The position numbers were made by a program, and so were the translations under genes. From Cyanophora paradoxa CCMP329 (taxonomy: Eukaryota > Plantae > Glaucophyta), in assembly GCA_004431415.1 (NCBI GenBank), contig QPMI01000420.1:248001-312000 (forward strand): a DNA stretch of 64,000 bases, written 5' to 3'. Numbering within the stretch: the first letter of the stretch is position 1; each line of letters opens with the position of its first letter. Positions 1-10,287 of the stretch are shown here, piece after piece. Below the pieces are notes generated by a model. It ran no database searches, was not told the origin of the DNA, and saw only the letters and a list, made by a program, of their open reading frames with translations.

Positions 1-162
1 GCTGCAGCCTGCAGCTGTAGCCTAGTAGGAAGCCTCGGAAGAATCCAGCTGCCCATATCTGACGTCGATCGCGACGGTCGTGCATTCGGTGCGGTTCAAC
101 GGTTAAGCCTTAGCTGTCCGACAGTCATCGCCGAAAAGACTTGAACTGCGGAGCACTTCGAA

Positions 163-3100
163 ATGGGCTCGAAGCAATCGACAACTGTCAAGGTCGGCGG
201 AGTTACCGTTGCGAAGGGTGCGTACGCGTCTGCCCGCGCCGCATATGCGCACGCAATGCGTGTGATCGATATCTATATATATCCTGCAAGGCCGCGAGCG
301 CATGCGCAGCGCCCTTAAAACGTGCATGCGCATATATCCTGAGCATCATAGTATACCTGATCCTCGGCGCCTGCAGGCGACCATACGAAGGCGTGCTTCA
401 CGGTACGTCCTGATCATGATTTGCTTCGACCGAGCCTCCAGTATATACACGCATACTTAGCTTCGAAGTAATATATACTGTACCTGCGCAACTTGCGGTG
501 CCACGGTGTGTATAATTAGGCTTGCGGAATCTCGAAGTACGTATACTAGCTATAGTTCGGGCGCCCTTGTAGGCCGAAAGTGCGTGTAGGCGTTAACGTT
601 GCTATACTCATGAGGCCGCCGCTTCTGCGCAGGGGCCGGACTGCACTGGAGACAAAGTTCTCGCGACAGAAGGCATCGGACACGACTTCTGGAAAGCGTG
701 AGTGAAATCGACCCGTATATCATAGTATGTGACAGCCTGGGCCGCGCGAGCTCTCGCTGGGAGCCACCGTGGCGCGGAGAGCGATCGCGAACCCTTACAA
801 TTAAGCTTTCGAAATTTTTCCAAATCTCACGCATGAAGCTTTGTCACATGGCCAGCCGCTTGGAGGTCGACAATCATTGAATTGCTCGAGCTCGGGCTAG
901 GAGTTCGAATTCGATTGTTTCTTTGCCAGAACTGACGTCGACCATGTTTTTCGTTTTGGGTCGAAAAGATGCCAGGGCAACGGACACAAGTCTTTGGGAT
1001 TTCGAATGACATGGGGCGACAACACGAAAGCCTTCTGCTACAATGTGAACAGCTCTGGAGAGGTCGAGTTGCATAAACAGTGAGCCGCGCGATTTCGCCT
1101 CGCACTTATTGCCCATGCAAACGCCTTCGAGGCCGACGCTGGCTTCTGGATCTCGGTTCCGCTCGCGGGAAGGCTGCTGATCTTGATGCAGGGTCCTCTG
1201 GGATTCTGTCCTCGGCGGGGTCACGATCGAGAGGGGTGCGCTCCACACACCGTTTCGGCAGAAAGCTGCCCGCGCCGGCCGCGGGCCGGCGCCCTCACCA
1301 TGCGCATCCTTCGCCCGCAGGTACCGCCACCAAGGCCTGCTTCACGGTGTGTCTCGAGCGCACGTGCTTTCGGCCTCCATAAGCTTGCTTCCTGGCGATC
1401 GCCGGGCCCGGGGGCGTGCGGCCGCGGATTTCAAAAGCTCGCAATTGATAGTCGCGATTGCGCAGGGGCCGAATTGCACCGGAAGCAAAGTTCTTGAAAC
1501 AAATGGCGTGGGCAGCGATTTCTGGAAAGCGTGAGTGATTTCTGGACATTGTGCATACGTATATGCATCATATGCAAGCTTAAGCATACTATGATAAGGC
1601 CGCTTGGGCGCGAAGGCTAAGTAGAACACGCTCTGGAACTTGTATGACGCGCACCGCATCCGGATCATTGAATGGAGTATCAATATAAATGCATATGAAT
1701 GTGATGATTTTGTTTCTAGAGATATTTCTCCTGCCAGCGCTCGCCAGCGTTTTTCTCCTGCCAGCGCTCGCCTGCAGCTGATATCCCTGACTCATTGCAC
1801 ACTGTGACATGACGCTCGGGGCTGCGCAGATGCCAAGCTTCCGGTCATCAATCTGTGGCTGTGCATGTGCCGAAGCCGTGGGATAATGGCGACCGAAGCG
1901 AAGCCAAGTGCTACAATATCAGCACGGCTGACGGCAGCACTGGCGAGGTCGACGCTAATAGAACGTGAGCTGTATTACGTGCACGTGAGTTTAGAACTCG
2001 TAAGCGCACATTGACGCTGATCATGGGGCTGGGCATGGGGTCCGCGCAGTTTGGAATGGATATATCCCGGGTATTGGGATTCCGCCCTCGGCTGGATTGA
2101 GGTCGACAGGGGTGCGTGTGTGAACGAATACGTTAACGCGCATACACACCGTCGCGAATGCCCTCCAGATAGATAATTAATATTATCATCGAACATGCAC
2201 ACGGAATTTCGAATTCGAAGCTTAAGCCTGCGCGCGTGTCTAGATCTAGAACTCGAGTCTCGGACTAACCTTTGGACTGCAGGAAACGACACCATGGCTT
2301 GCTTCAAGGTATGTAATTACTCCCGCCTTCTCCTCTCATCCTGGGCTTCGCTTATCACGGACCCAATCTGGAATGTAATCATGCGTACCCGCGCGCAGGG
2401 GCCGGAATGCACTGGGGAAAAGGTCTACGCCACGGAGTTTGTCGGAGACAATTTTTGGAAAGCGTGAGTGACCCATCGATCCCGAAAAGGATCTGAACGT
2501 GTGGCTGCATGCATATGGCTGCCATTCTTTTCTATGATCACAGTACTTGCTGTCTAGCTATAGAGCTAATTTTTTATAAGTGCAAAGAAAACCAAGATCG
2601 AGAATTCTTCATGCGCCTGCTTGAGCTTTGGCCAATCCCGAGTTCTTTTTTGCCAAAGCTTCTCGCACCTGACTCGAGTTCTTCCTTGGGGTCGCAGTTG
2701 CAATTACAATAATGAGTACAAAAGCATGGCTGTCCGGCAGACGTGGGCCGGAGGAGACAGCACACAAGCAAACTGTTTCAGCGTTACCAGCTCCGGTAAG
2801 GTCGACATCAACAAAACGTGCGCTCCAGGTCTAGATGCGATGTGTTATACCTTTCGATTGCGCGCGCCTAGGCCTCGGAGATGGAGAAATCCAGTTGATA
2901 TAAAAACATTGCAACTCAGTCGAGTGCAGAGGCTGACTTCTGCATATTCGCAATCGCTGCAGCGTGCCTTGGGAGTACAAAGTAGGCGGAGTAGAGATCT
3001 CGAGGGGTGCGCTTGATCTTGGAATTCCGTACGATGTTCGAAGTTTTTCTCGAATTAAATTTCTTCTTTTCCGTATCAGGTAACGACACGAAAGCCTGCT

Positions 3101-4369
3101 GGTCGGTGCGCCGCGGCTGCGGGCTGCAGACGCGTACGGTTTTAATCGAGCTGATATGCAGAAGGAGAATTGCACTGGAGAGAAATTTTTCGAGACAAGC
3201 GGAGTGGGAGCTGATTTCTTCAAAGTGTGAGTGATCATGATCCCGGCCCGGCTGCTTCGGCATGCCCGGCCGCGGTTTCGCAGCCGTACAATGTCGTTGC
3301 AATTGACGATTAGTACTGACTGTGAAGTGCGGTCGTTTAGATGTCACGCCAATGGATATCCGACGGTGGCCACTCAGCTGAAGACCGACGGCACCAAAGC
3401 CAAGTGCTCTCAGATTATTTATAATGGGGAGGAGGAACGTGACCTCGAAACGACGTGAGCCTCGCTTTCTTCGCTTTCGATATAGCCGGTCATTTAATAA
3501 TCGTCTTGACTCGAGCTTCGCTCGAGTGTGATCATATGCATGATGCTGTGAGTGCCGCAGCGTGAGCTGGGAACCACCTCGTGTTGATGTTGGTGGCGTC
3601 TCGGTTTTGAAGGGTGCGCACGCATGCAATTTGCATGCGCTGTCCTACGGTTGCGAAGCTTTCTAATAAACTTCTGCAGGGGATTACAACAAAATCTGCT
3701 ACATGGTGTGTTATATGTAATTACTCGCGTGGTGCTAAAATAATATATCCATTGCCGAATGATTTCGCTATCTTGCTCGCAGGACTCCGACTGCACCGGA
3801 GAGAGTGGTCTTCAAACACTTGGCGTCGGAAATGACTTCTGGAAAGCGTGAGCGCATCTTCAGAATTTGAGCTCGATCGCTATCGCGATTCCTTCTTTCC
3901 AAGAATTGGTCGCCTTGCTTCGACTGAGAGGCAGACTTTATAATTATAAATATGCATGAATGCATATGTGTCTGAAGATTCGCAACTGAATGTCTTCGCG
4001 ACCTGCGCAGATGCCAAGCCAACGGATACAAATCAGCTGCTGTGCAGCAAGCGTGGTGGGCGGGCGACTACTTTAAAGCCGACTGCTTCAATGTGAACAG
4101 CTCCGGCGAGGTCAACGCCAACAAAATGTGAGCCGCGCTAGCGCTGTTTAGCCCTGCATACATTTAAATTAAAGGAATAAATAATGTTTTCGCCATAGCG
4201 CATCATCGATATCGTCGCTTTTAACGTCGCATGTACACGTAGTTTAATATGTACAATCGGCTTGAGAGCGATAAAATCCTTCAATAAAAGAGCTTCGCGC
4301 TCGCGATCGAGCTTTGCTCGAGGCTGATGCATTTCCCGTGATTGTCGCAGCGTGGACTGGGTCGAGTAA
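163..4369 (+). CDS. Multi-exon (~21 exons) protein of five tandem ~85-aa Cys-containing repeats, with N-terminal myristoylation motif; function unknown
   Basis: GT-AG exons splice in frame: MGSKQSTTVKVGGVTVAKG|DHTKACFT|GPDCTGDKVLATEGIGHDFWKA|CQGNGHKSLGFRMTWGDNTKAFCYNVNSSGEVELHKQ|VLWDSVLGGVTIERG|TATKACFT|GPNCTGSKVLETNGVGSDFWKA|... The same four-exon cassette recurs five times and ends ...NANKI|VDWVE* (TAA 4367-4369). Confidence 0.8.
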
Positions 4370-4379
4370 GCACATACAT

Positions 4380-4384
4380 ATATA

Positions 4385-4426
<42 letters not shown>

Positions 4427-4431
4427 TATAT
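4380..4431. repeat. (TA)n microsatellite
   Basis: About 20 TA units directly after the stop of the repeat gene. Confidence 0.95.
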
Positions 4432-4478
4432 CATGTACGACACACGTCGAGGCTGATGTGGCTATCGGTTTGGCGCAG

Positions 4479-4741
4479 CCCGATCGACCCCGATGTTGAT
4501 TATGGGGAGTTGTACGGATACGCAAACGAGCTCGAGGAGGCCCAGGAGGCTACAGAGGCCCTGGCCAACAACGCCGAGGCAAAGCCTTCCTTAAATCATT
4601 TCTTTGTTATTGTCTCGATCGGGCCGGACCGCGCAGGCGTTCGAGGGGGACCTGCAGCTGGAGTGCGAGGACGAGGGGGCGGACACGGCGGAGTGGGCGC
4701 TCGCGCTCGCCGCCGACTCCGAGGCCGCCGATGCTCTGTAG
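4479..4741 (+). pseudogene. Orphan 3' gene fragment (two acidic exons) with no visible 5' part
   Basis: cgcag|PIDPDVDYGELYGYANELEEAQEATEALANNAE|gcaaag...cgcgcag|AFEGDLQLECEDEGADTAEWALALAADSEAADAL* joins in frame. Only the (TA)n tract lies upstream. Confidence 0.4.
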
Positions 4742-5392
4742 CTAGCTGTAGGCCTTGACCTCTAAGGCGGCCGGACGTGCACATTTTGAGCGTACAAGTC
4801 ATTGAATGCCAATGCGCGCACGCGTTAGCACGTGCACACTAGTACTATCCCCCTACGAACTCGATTAAAACCAGATGCCTCCCCCCGCCACAGAGCTAGC
4901 AACAGGCTAGCTCCAAGGCAGCCTCCATAGGACGCCTCCCCGGACGCCTCCATAGGGTGCACGTGGCCACCCGCCCGCACCTGCCCCCCTCCCCGAAGCC
5001 CCCGTCGACCCCCCACAGGGACATTAAATCAGGCGCCCCACACGCAATAAAACACGGGGGCGCGCCCGTGCCATTATATTAGCCCGAGCCCCCCCCTCAC
5101 CTCCCCACCCCCCCTCTAACGACAGCCCCCAAGCTAAGCCCCCAGCGGCTACGACAGCCATATTGCCCTCAAGTAGATGCCACCCCATCAGCAGCCCCAC
5201 AAGAGGAACGCTCATAGTTAGCGACAGCCGATTTCGGCGTCATTCTTCTATATCGCGCTTGCGCGAGTTCGCGAGGGCTTTAATTTTGATTTTGTTCTAG
5301 ATCTAGATCGAGGATCCGAGGGCCGGATCGAGGCCTAGCTATATAGGCCTAGGGGAGCTTCGAAGATCTATGGCTATAGCTAGAGGAGCGAG

Positions 5393-6790
5393 AGCCGAAG
5401 TCTCTCTGCATCGAAGCCGCTGTGAACAACGCTGCTACCCCGAAGCCAGCGCCGCCTTGCCGAGTCGACCCCCCGCGCGCGGCGCCAGTGCAGACGCGCC
5501 CAAACGCCCCGCGGCAGTACCTCGACGCGCTCTCCTCCGCCGCTCATGTGCCGCCGTCCATCTACGGTGCACCCGTCCCTTGCTCGCCATATGCGCTTCT
5601 CAGGCGCTGACCACACCCTGCGCGCCCTCTGCCCATACCCGGCGAGGGAGGGCGCACCCGCCAACACGGACCCCGTGGAAATCAACGCGCATGCCCGCGC
5701 CTTCTTTACGTCTCTCCTCCAGGCAGCACGCCCCCTCCCGCCCCCCTTACGCCCGCCGCCACTGCCGCCCGTGCCGCCGCAGACACACCCGGCACCCAAG
5801 ACAGCCGCCTTGAGTCGCTGGTCACAGGCTTCTTCGCCTGCCGCCTCGGCGAGCTTGATAACGGCCGCCTCGAGTCGCTGGTCACAGGCTTCTTCGCCTG
5901 CCGCCTCGGCGAGCCTGACGACGGCCGCCTCGAGTCGCTGGTCACAGGCTTCTTCGCCTGCCGCCTCGGCGAGCCTGACGATGGCCGCCTTGAGTCGCTG
6001 GTCACAGGCTTCTTCGCCTGCCGCCTCGGCGAGCCTGCTTCCACAAGCCCCCCCCCCCCCCCCGCGACTCGGGGGCAGGGTACGAGATGCCCGTACGCCT
6101 CCCCCCCTCCTCCCCCACCCCCCGCCGCCACCGCCGCGCCGCGCCCCGCCGCCGCCGCCGCCGCCGCCGCCGCCCCGCGCCCGCCGCCGCCGCCTCGCAC
6201 CCCGCCGTCCCCGCCGCGCGCCCTGCCGCCGCTGCCGCGCACCCCGCCGCCGCCGCCGTGCACGATCCCGAGGCCGCCGGCGAGGACAAAGCCGGTGGCG
6301 GTGAGGCCACCGGCGAGGACGATGCCGGTGGCGAGGACGAGGCCGGCGGCGCGGATGCCACCGGGGCAGACGCCGACGCCACCCCGTAGATCCCTCTTCA
6401 GTGGCCGCTCCCCTCCCAATAGTGCCCTCTTCCCACCCCGCTCCCTGCCTCCTTTTCTCCCTTCGCAGCCTCGCTCTCTCCTCTCTCCCTCCCCCCTCAG
6501 GTCCACCTCTCCCTACATACCCGATCTTCCGCTACCCCCCCGCCCCCTCCGCCCCCCCCTCAATACTGCAACCTCATGACCGCAACCACCTCCCCCCTCC
6601 AAATCCACCCACCCGCATCTGTACCTTCGTGGCCCGCACCTACCTGTAGCTACTGTAGTACTCGCTCTTAGGCTCCACAGCACCCTTAGCATGTCCACAG
6701 TCCGTCCTTTGTGGCCCCCCAGCGGGGATATACGCGGGGCTGGCCTAACCAATATACTGATATGCCCTCGGGGCTTTTCCTAAAAAAAAA
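5393..6790 (+). mobile_element. Non-autonomous or 5'-truncated non-LTR retroposon with poly(A) tail and 15-bp target-site duplication
   Basis: AGCTAGAGGAGCGAG at 5378-5392 and again at 6790-6804, the second directly after A9 (6782-6790). No RT or endonuclease motifs recognised inside. Confidence 0.8.
5801..6037. repeat. 60-bp tandem repeat, ~4 copies, inside the retroposon
   Basis: GCCGCCTYGAGTCGCTGGTCACAGGCTTCTTCGCCTGCCGCCTCGGCGAGC recurs every 60 bp; in-frame reading TAASSRWSQASSPAASASL. Confidence 0.95.
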
Positions 6791-7249
6791 GCTAGAGGAG
6801 CGAGGGGACTCCGGGAGGAAATTCTAGATCTTGACGTGTACGTATACGTGCGATTCTTGGGCCGGGGCTGAGCTCCAGTACTCTTGAGTACTGATTATGA
6901 GCGGCCAGAGTCCGCCCCCCCCCCCCCCCACCCCCCCCCCCCCACCCCACCCCCCCCCCACCCCCCGGCCGCCCCCGGGCTCTCAGATCTAGACTGAGCT
7001 CGAGTCTATAGCTAGCTGCACAGCTAGAGCCTGCAACGTATCACAAGCAAAAGTGATAATCTACCTGAAAAAGAGATCTAGAGATCCAGATCCGATTCTA
7101 AAGTACCTGAGTAAGCTGAAGCCTACAGCTAGCTGCGCTGCTGCACTGCTAGAGCCTGCCAGTTGAAATTCTGTCAAACGTATCATAAGGAAAGGCGATA
7201 ACCTACCTCAAAAAGAGAGATCCAGAACATCAAAGCTTAAAATGCGGCG

Positions 7250-10105
7250 CTACTCGCCGCGGGAAAGGGGCCGGGGCCGGGGCCGGGGCCGGCGCGCCGG
7301 GGGCAGCGCGGAGGCGGGCACGCGCCAGACCTCCATGCCGCACCGCTCGCTCCACACCTGTCCGCACCTCTGCTTGTTTCTGTGCGGGGACGGGACGGGG
7401 CGGGGCGGGGGCACCTTCACGGCGGGGACCGAGCCCTCGTGGATCGCCTGCCTTAGGCCCGTGCGGGACATCTCAAGGGCCTCCGCCGCCCGACCCAGCG
7501 ACACCGTTCCCTCGCCGGAGGACCGTTCGTCCAAGGCGCGAGGGCGCGACGCGGCGCCGGGCCGTGCTCCCTGCGCCCCCCGCTGGCCGCGCAGCTGCTC
7601 CACCGCCGACCGCGGCACGCGCCACTCCCGCCGGCGCCGCCGGAACGCGGGCGGCGCCTGCGCCGCGTGAGAAGGGCGCCCCGCGCACGACCCGCCGATC
7701 TCCTCGGCGCTCACCTGAATCTCGGCCCCCGGGGCCGCGGGGGGGTACTGCTCCGCCTCAAGCTCCCCGTGCGCGATCATCGAGTGGACCGCCGAGGCCC
7801 GTACCCCCAGAAGGGACGCTGCCCCCCTCTACAAAAACGCTGAGAAGGAGGACGGTAGGCAAGGGTTAGGGGGCGGGGAAGTCGCACCACGGTGAGGTAC
7901 CCCCCCTGGTCCTCGTCTCCTCCCCCCTCCTGTACGGACATCTGGGCCAGCGTCTGGGCGTCTTCCTCCCGGATCCACCTGCGGGCCGCACAGGCACGCG
8001 CGTGAGTCTCGAAAGAGGGCGTAGACGGGAAGAGGGGCGGGCAGGGGTTGGGCGCGCCACCCGCCGACGCCGCCCCGCCCCGAGCGCTTCTCCCCGCGGA
8101 CGAGCCCCTCCTTGACCCAACGCGCCAGCGTCCCCGTGCCCCGGCCCAGCCTGCCGCGCGAGCGACGCGGTCAGAGCGCGAGGGGCCCCCCGGGGGTGCA
8201 CGAACGAACGGGCGGGGAGCTCGGGCGGGGCGCACCGGGCGGCGACGGCGCGGAGGGGTACGAGGGAGTCGAGCTCGCGCCCGCGGCGCTCCTGGAAGGC
8301 CAGGAGGTCGTCCGGCCGCACGCGCCACGCCGGCCGCCCGCGCCCGCCCAGCCGCCGGCGCGACGCCGGCACCTCCCCGGACTGCACCAGGCGGAACAGC
8401 GTGTCCCTGTGTATCCCCTGCGAGCGGACCGAAACGTTGGGGGGGGGGGGGACGGGATCGGGGGGGGGGGGTACGCGGCACCAGCCGCTCGGCGGCCTCG
8501 TCCAGCGTCAGGGCGATGCCGTCGGCCGCCGTCTCCTGCGGGGCGTTCGGGGGGTACAGCAACCCGCCGGAGGGGGGTACGCCGCACCAGCGAGCACTCC
8601 AGGGCCTCGGGACCGCAGGCCTCGTCCTGACGCGCGGGGATCCGGTAAGACCCTACCCGGGGGTATCGGATATCGGGGCGGGGGGTACGCCAGCTACCCG
8701 CATCGCGCCGAGGGCTGCCTCGTGGACCGAGTCCTCCCACGCGAACCAAACGGCCTCTTTCGCCCCCACGCACTGCGCCGCGGTACCCGTCAGGTTACTT
8801 CGGGGGACAGAAAGGTGCCGGGGGTACGGCGCACCATGACGCCTTCGAGGGCGCCGGACTCGAGGCGGGCGCAGACCTCCTCGGGGGGTACGCCGAGGCG
8901 GTGCGATGCCTCCTCCACCTTCGCGGGAGGGTACAGGGTCGGCCGCAGTGGCGGCGCGGTTGGTTCGGCGCGGACCGAGATGAGCCGTGGGGCCGGCCGG
9001 GGCGCCGCCTCCGTCCCCGCCTCGTCCTCGTCCTCGGAGACCAGGGAGAGGGACCCCAGGCCGTCCGCGGACTTGACTCCGATCATCTGCGTGGCGAAAG
9101 TCAAGATCGACGAGGGGGCCCTGCGGGGAGGGGTACGGTGGCGCCGGACCTTGACGCGCATGCTCTCGCGCGCGAGGTACGCCTCGAACGTGACGTCGTC
9201 GTCGACGAGAAACTCGCGCTCGTCCTCGTACCCGGCGGGCGGCGGGCGGCGCTCCAGCACAGCGGCCAGCGCGTGCGAGCGCTTCCGGCGCGAGCGGAGT
9301 GCTCCTGCGGCGGGCGGGCGGCGGCCGCGGCGCGTGAGGAGCGCCTCGAACGAAGCGAAGGGCTAATACGCTCACCGATGCCGTAGCGGTACCTGAGCAG
9401 GCGCGGCGAGGCCCGTCAGGAAGGAACGAAGCGAGCAAGAAAGCAAGGGCCGGGGCGCGCGCTCACGCGAAGCTCTCGTCATTCAGATCCACGACCTCGT
9501 CGTCCACGCCTCCGTAGCCGTAGCCGTAGCCATAGCGGTTCCGCCGCGCCGCCTCCCGCATCTCGCGGAGCCGCGTCCGCACGAACGCCGCCTCTGGGGC
9601 GCCGGCAGCGGTCAGCTCTGGGACGGAGGCGGGGCGTGCGGCCGCCGGCCGCCTCACCGGAATCGCCGCTCGACGAAGAATCATCGTTGCTTCGCGCCTG
9701 CTGGACCAGCTGCCGCGGCCCGACGAGCTTGAGCCGCCCCTTCTGCAAATCTAGATCATGGCCGCAATCCTCGGGGGCCTTCTGCTCTCCGCCGCCGCTG
9801 ACGACTTCCCTGGCGCTCTGAACTACTTCTTGCGGGCGTTTCGGAGTGCTCGCCTCCAGGACGCGGGCCGCCGCCGGCTCAGCGAGGTTGAACGGCTGTG
9901 CGTACGCAAACCGTATCCGGGGCCGCCGCGGCCGGACGGGCAGCGAACGCGGTCGGAGCTCCCGGAGCGCGTCTGTCCTACGAAAAGACGGCGAGATGCG
10001 CGGCAGCGGGGTTTCCGGCCGCCAGGACGACGCGACACCGCCGTCGTGACCGGTCGGCGGCGGGGACGGGGCGGAGAACGCCGCCGTACCGTGCCCGGAA
10101 CCCAT
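7250..10105 (-). CDS. Intron-rich gene encoding five tandem excisionase-type (HTH_17 / MerR-like winged HTH) DNA-binding domains after a long low-complexity N-terminus
   Basis: Spliced domains: ISVEEASHRLGVPPEEVCARLESGALEGVMCVGAKEAVWFAWEDSV; LTLDEAAERLGIHRDTLFRLVQSGEVPASRRRLGGRGRPAWRVRPDDLLAF; VPLRAVAARLGRGTGTLARWVKEGLVRGEKRSGG...WIREEDA; YLTVEGAASLLGVRASAVHSMIAHGELEAEQ...EWRVPRSAVEQL; VSLGRAAEALEMSRTGLRQAIHEGSVPAVKVWSERCGMEVWRVPASAL. Each fits the HTH_17 pattern LTxxEAAxxLGVxxxTLxRxxxxGxLPAx(n)WRVxxxDL. First ATG at 10105, TAG at 7250. Confidence 0.8.
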
Positions 10106-10287
10106 TTCCGCGGCACAGCCGGCGCTCCGCTGCGCCGCTGGGTCGCCTGGCGCCTTGGCTGCGAAGAGGGGTATGTCGTTGTGCCTGACTTTCACTCGAG
10201 GCGTTCGAGCCTGAGCCCGGCGCCTCCTCTCGCCCGTCGCCCCCGAGCTTCAACCACTCTTCAGCTCACCGATTTGGCAACTTTGCG

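Noticed and set aside
7024-7226. Degenerate ~125-bp direct repeat, plus small intronic duplications at 48590-48640, 48876-48950 and 54921-55105
   Set aside because: These look like ordinary local slippage duplications with no sign of function.
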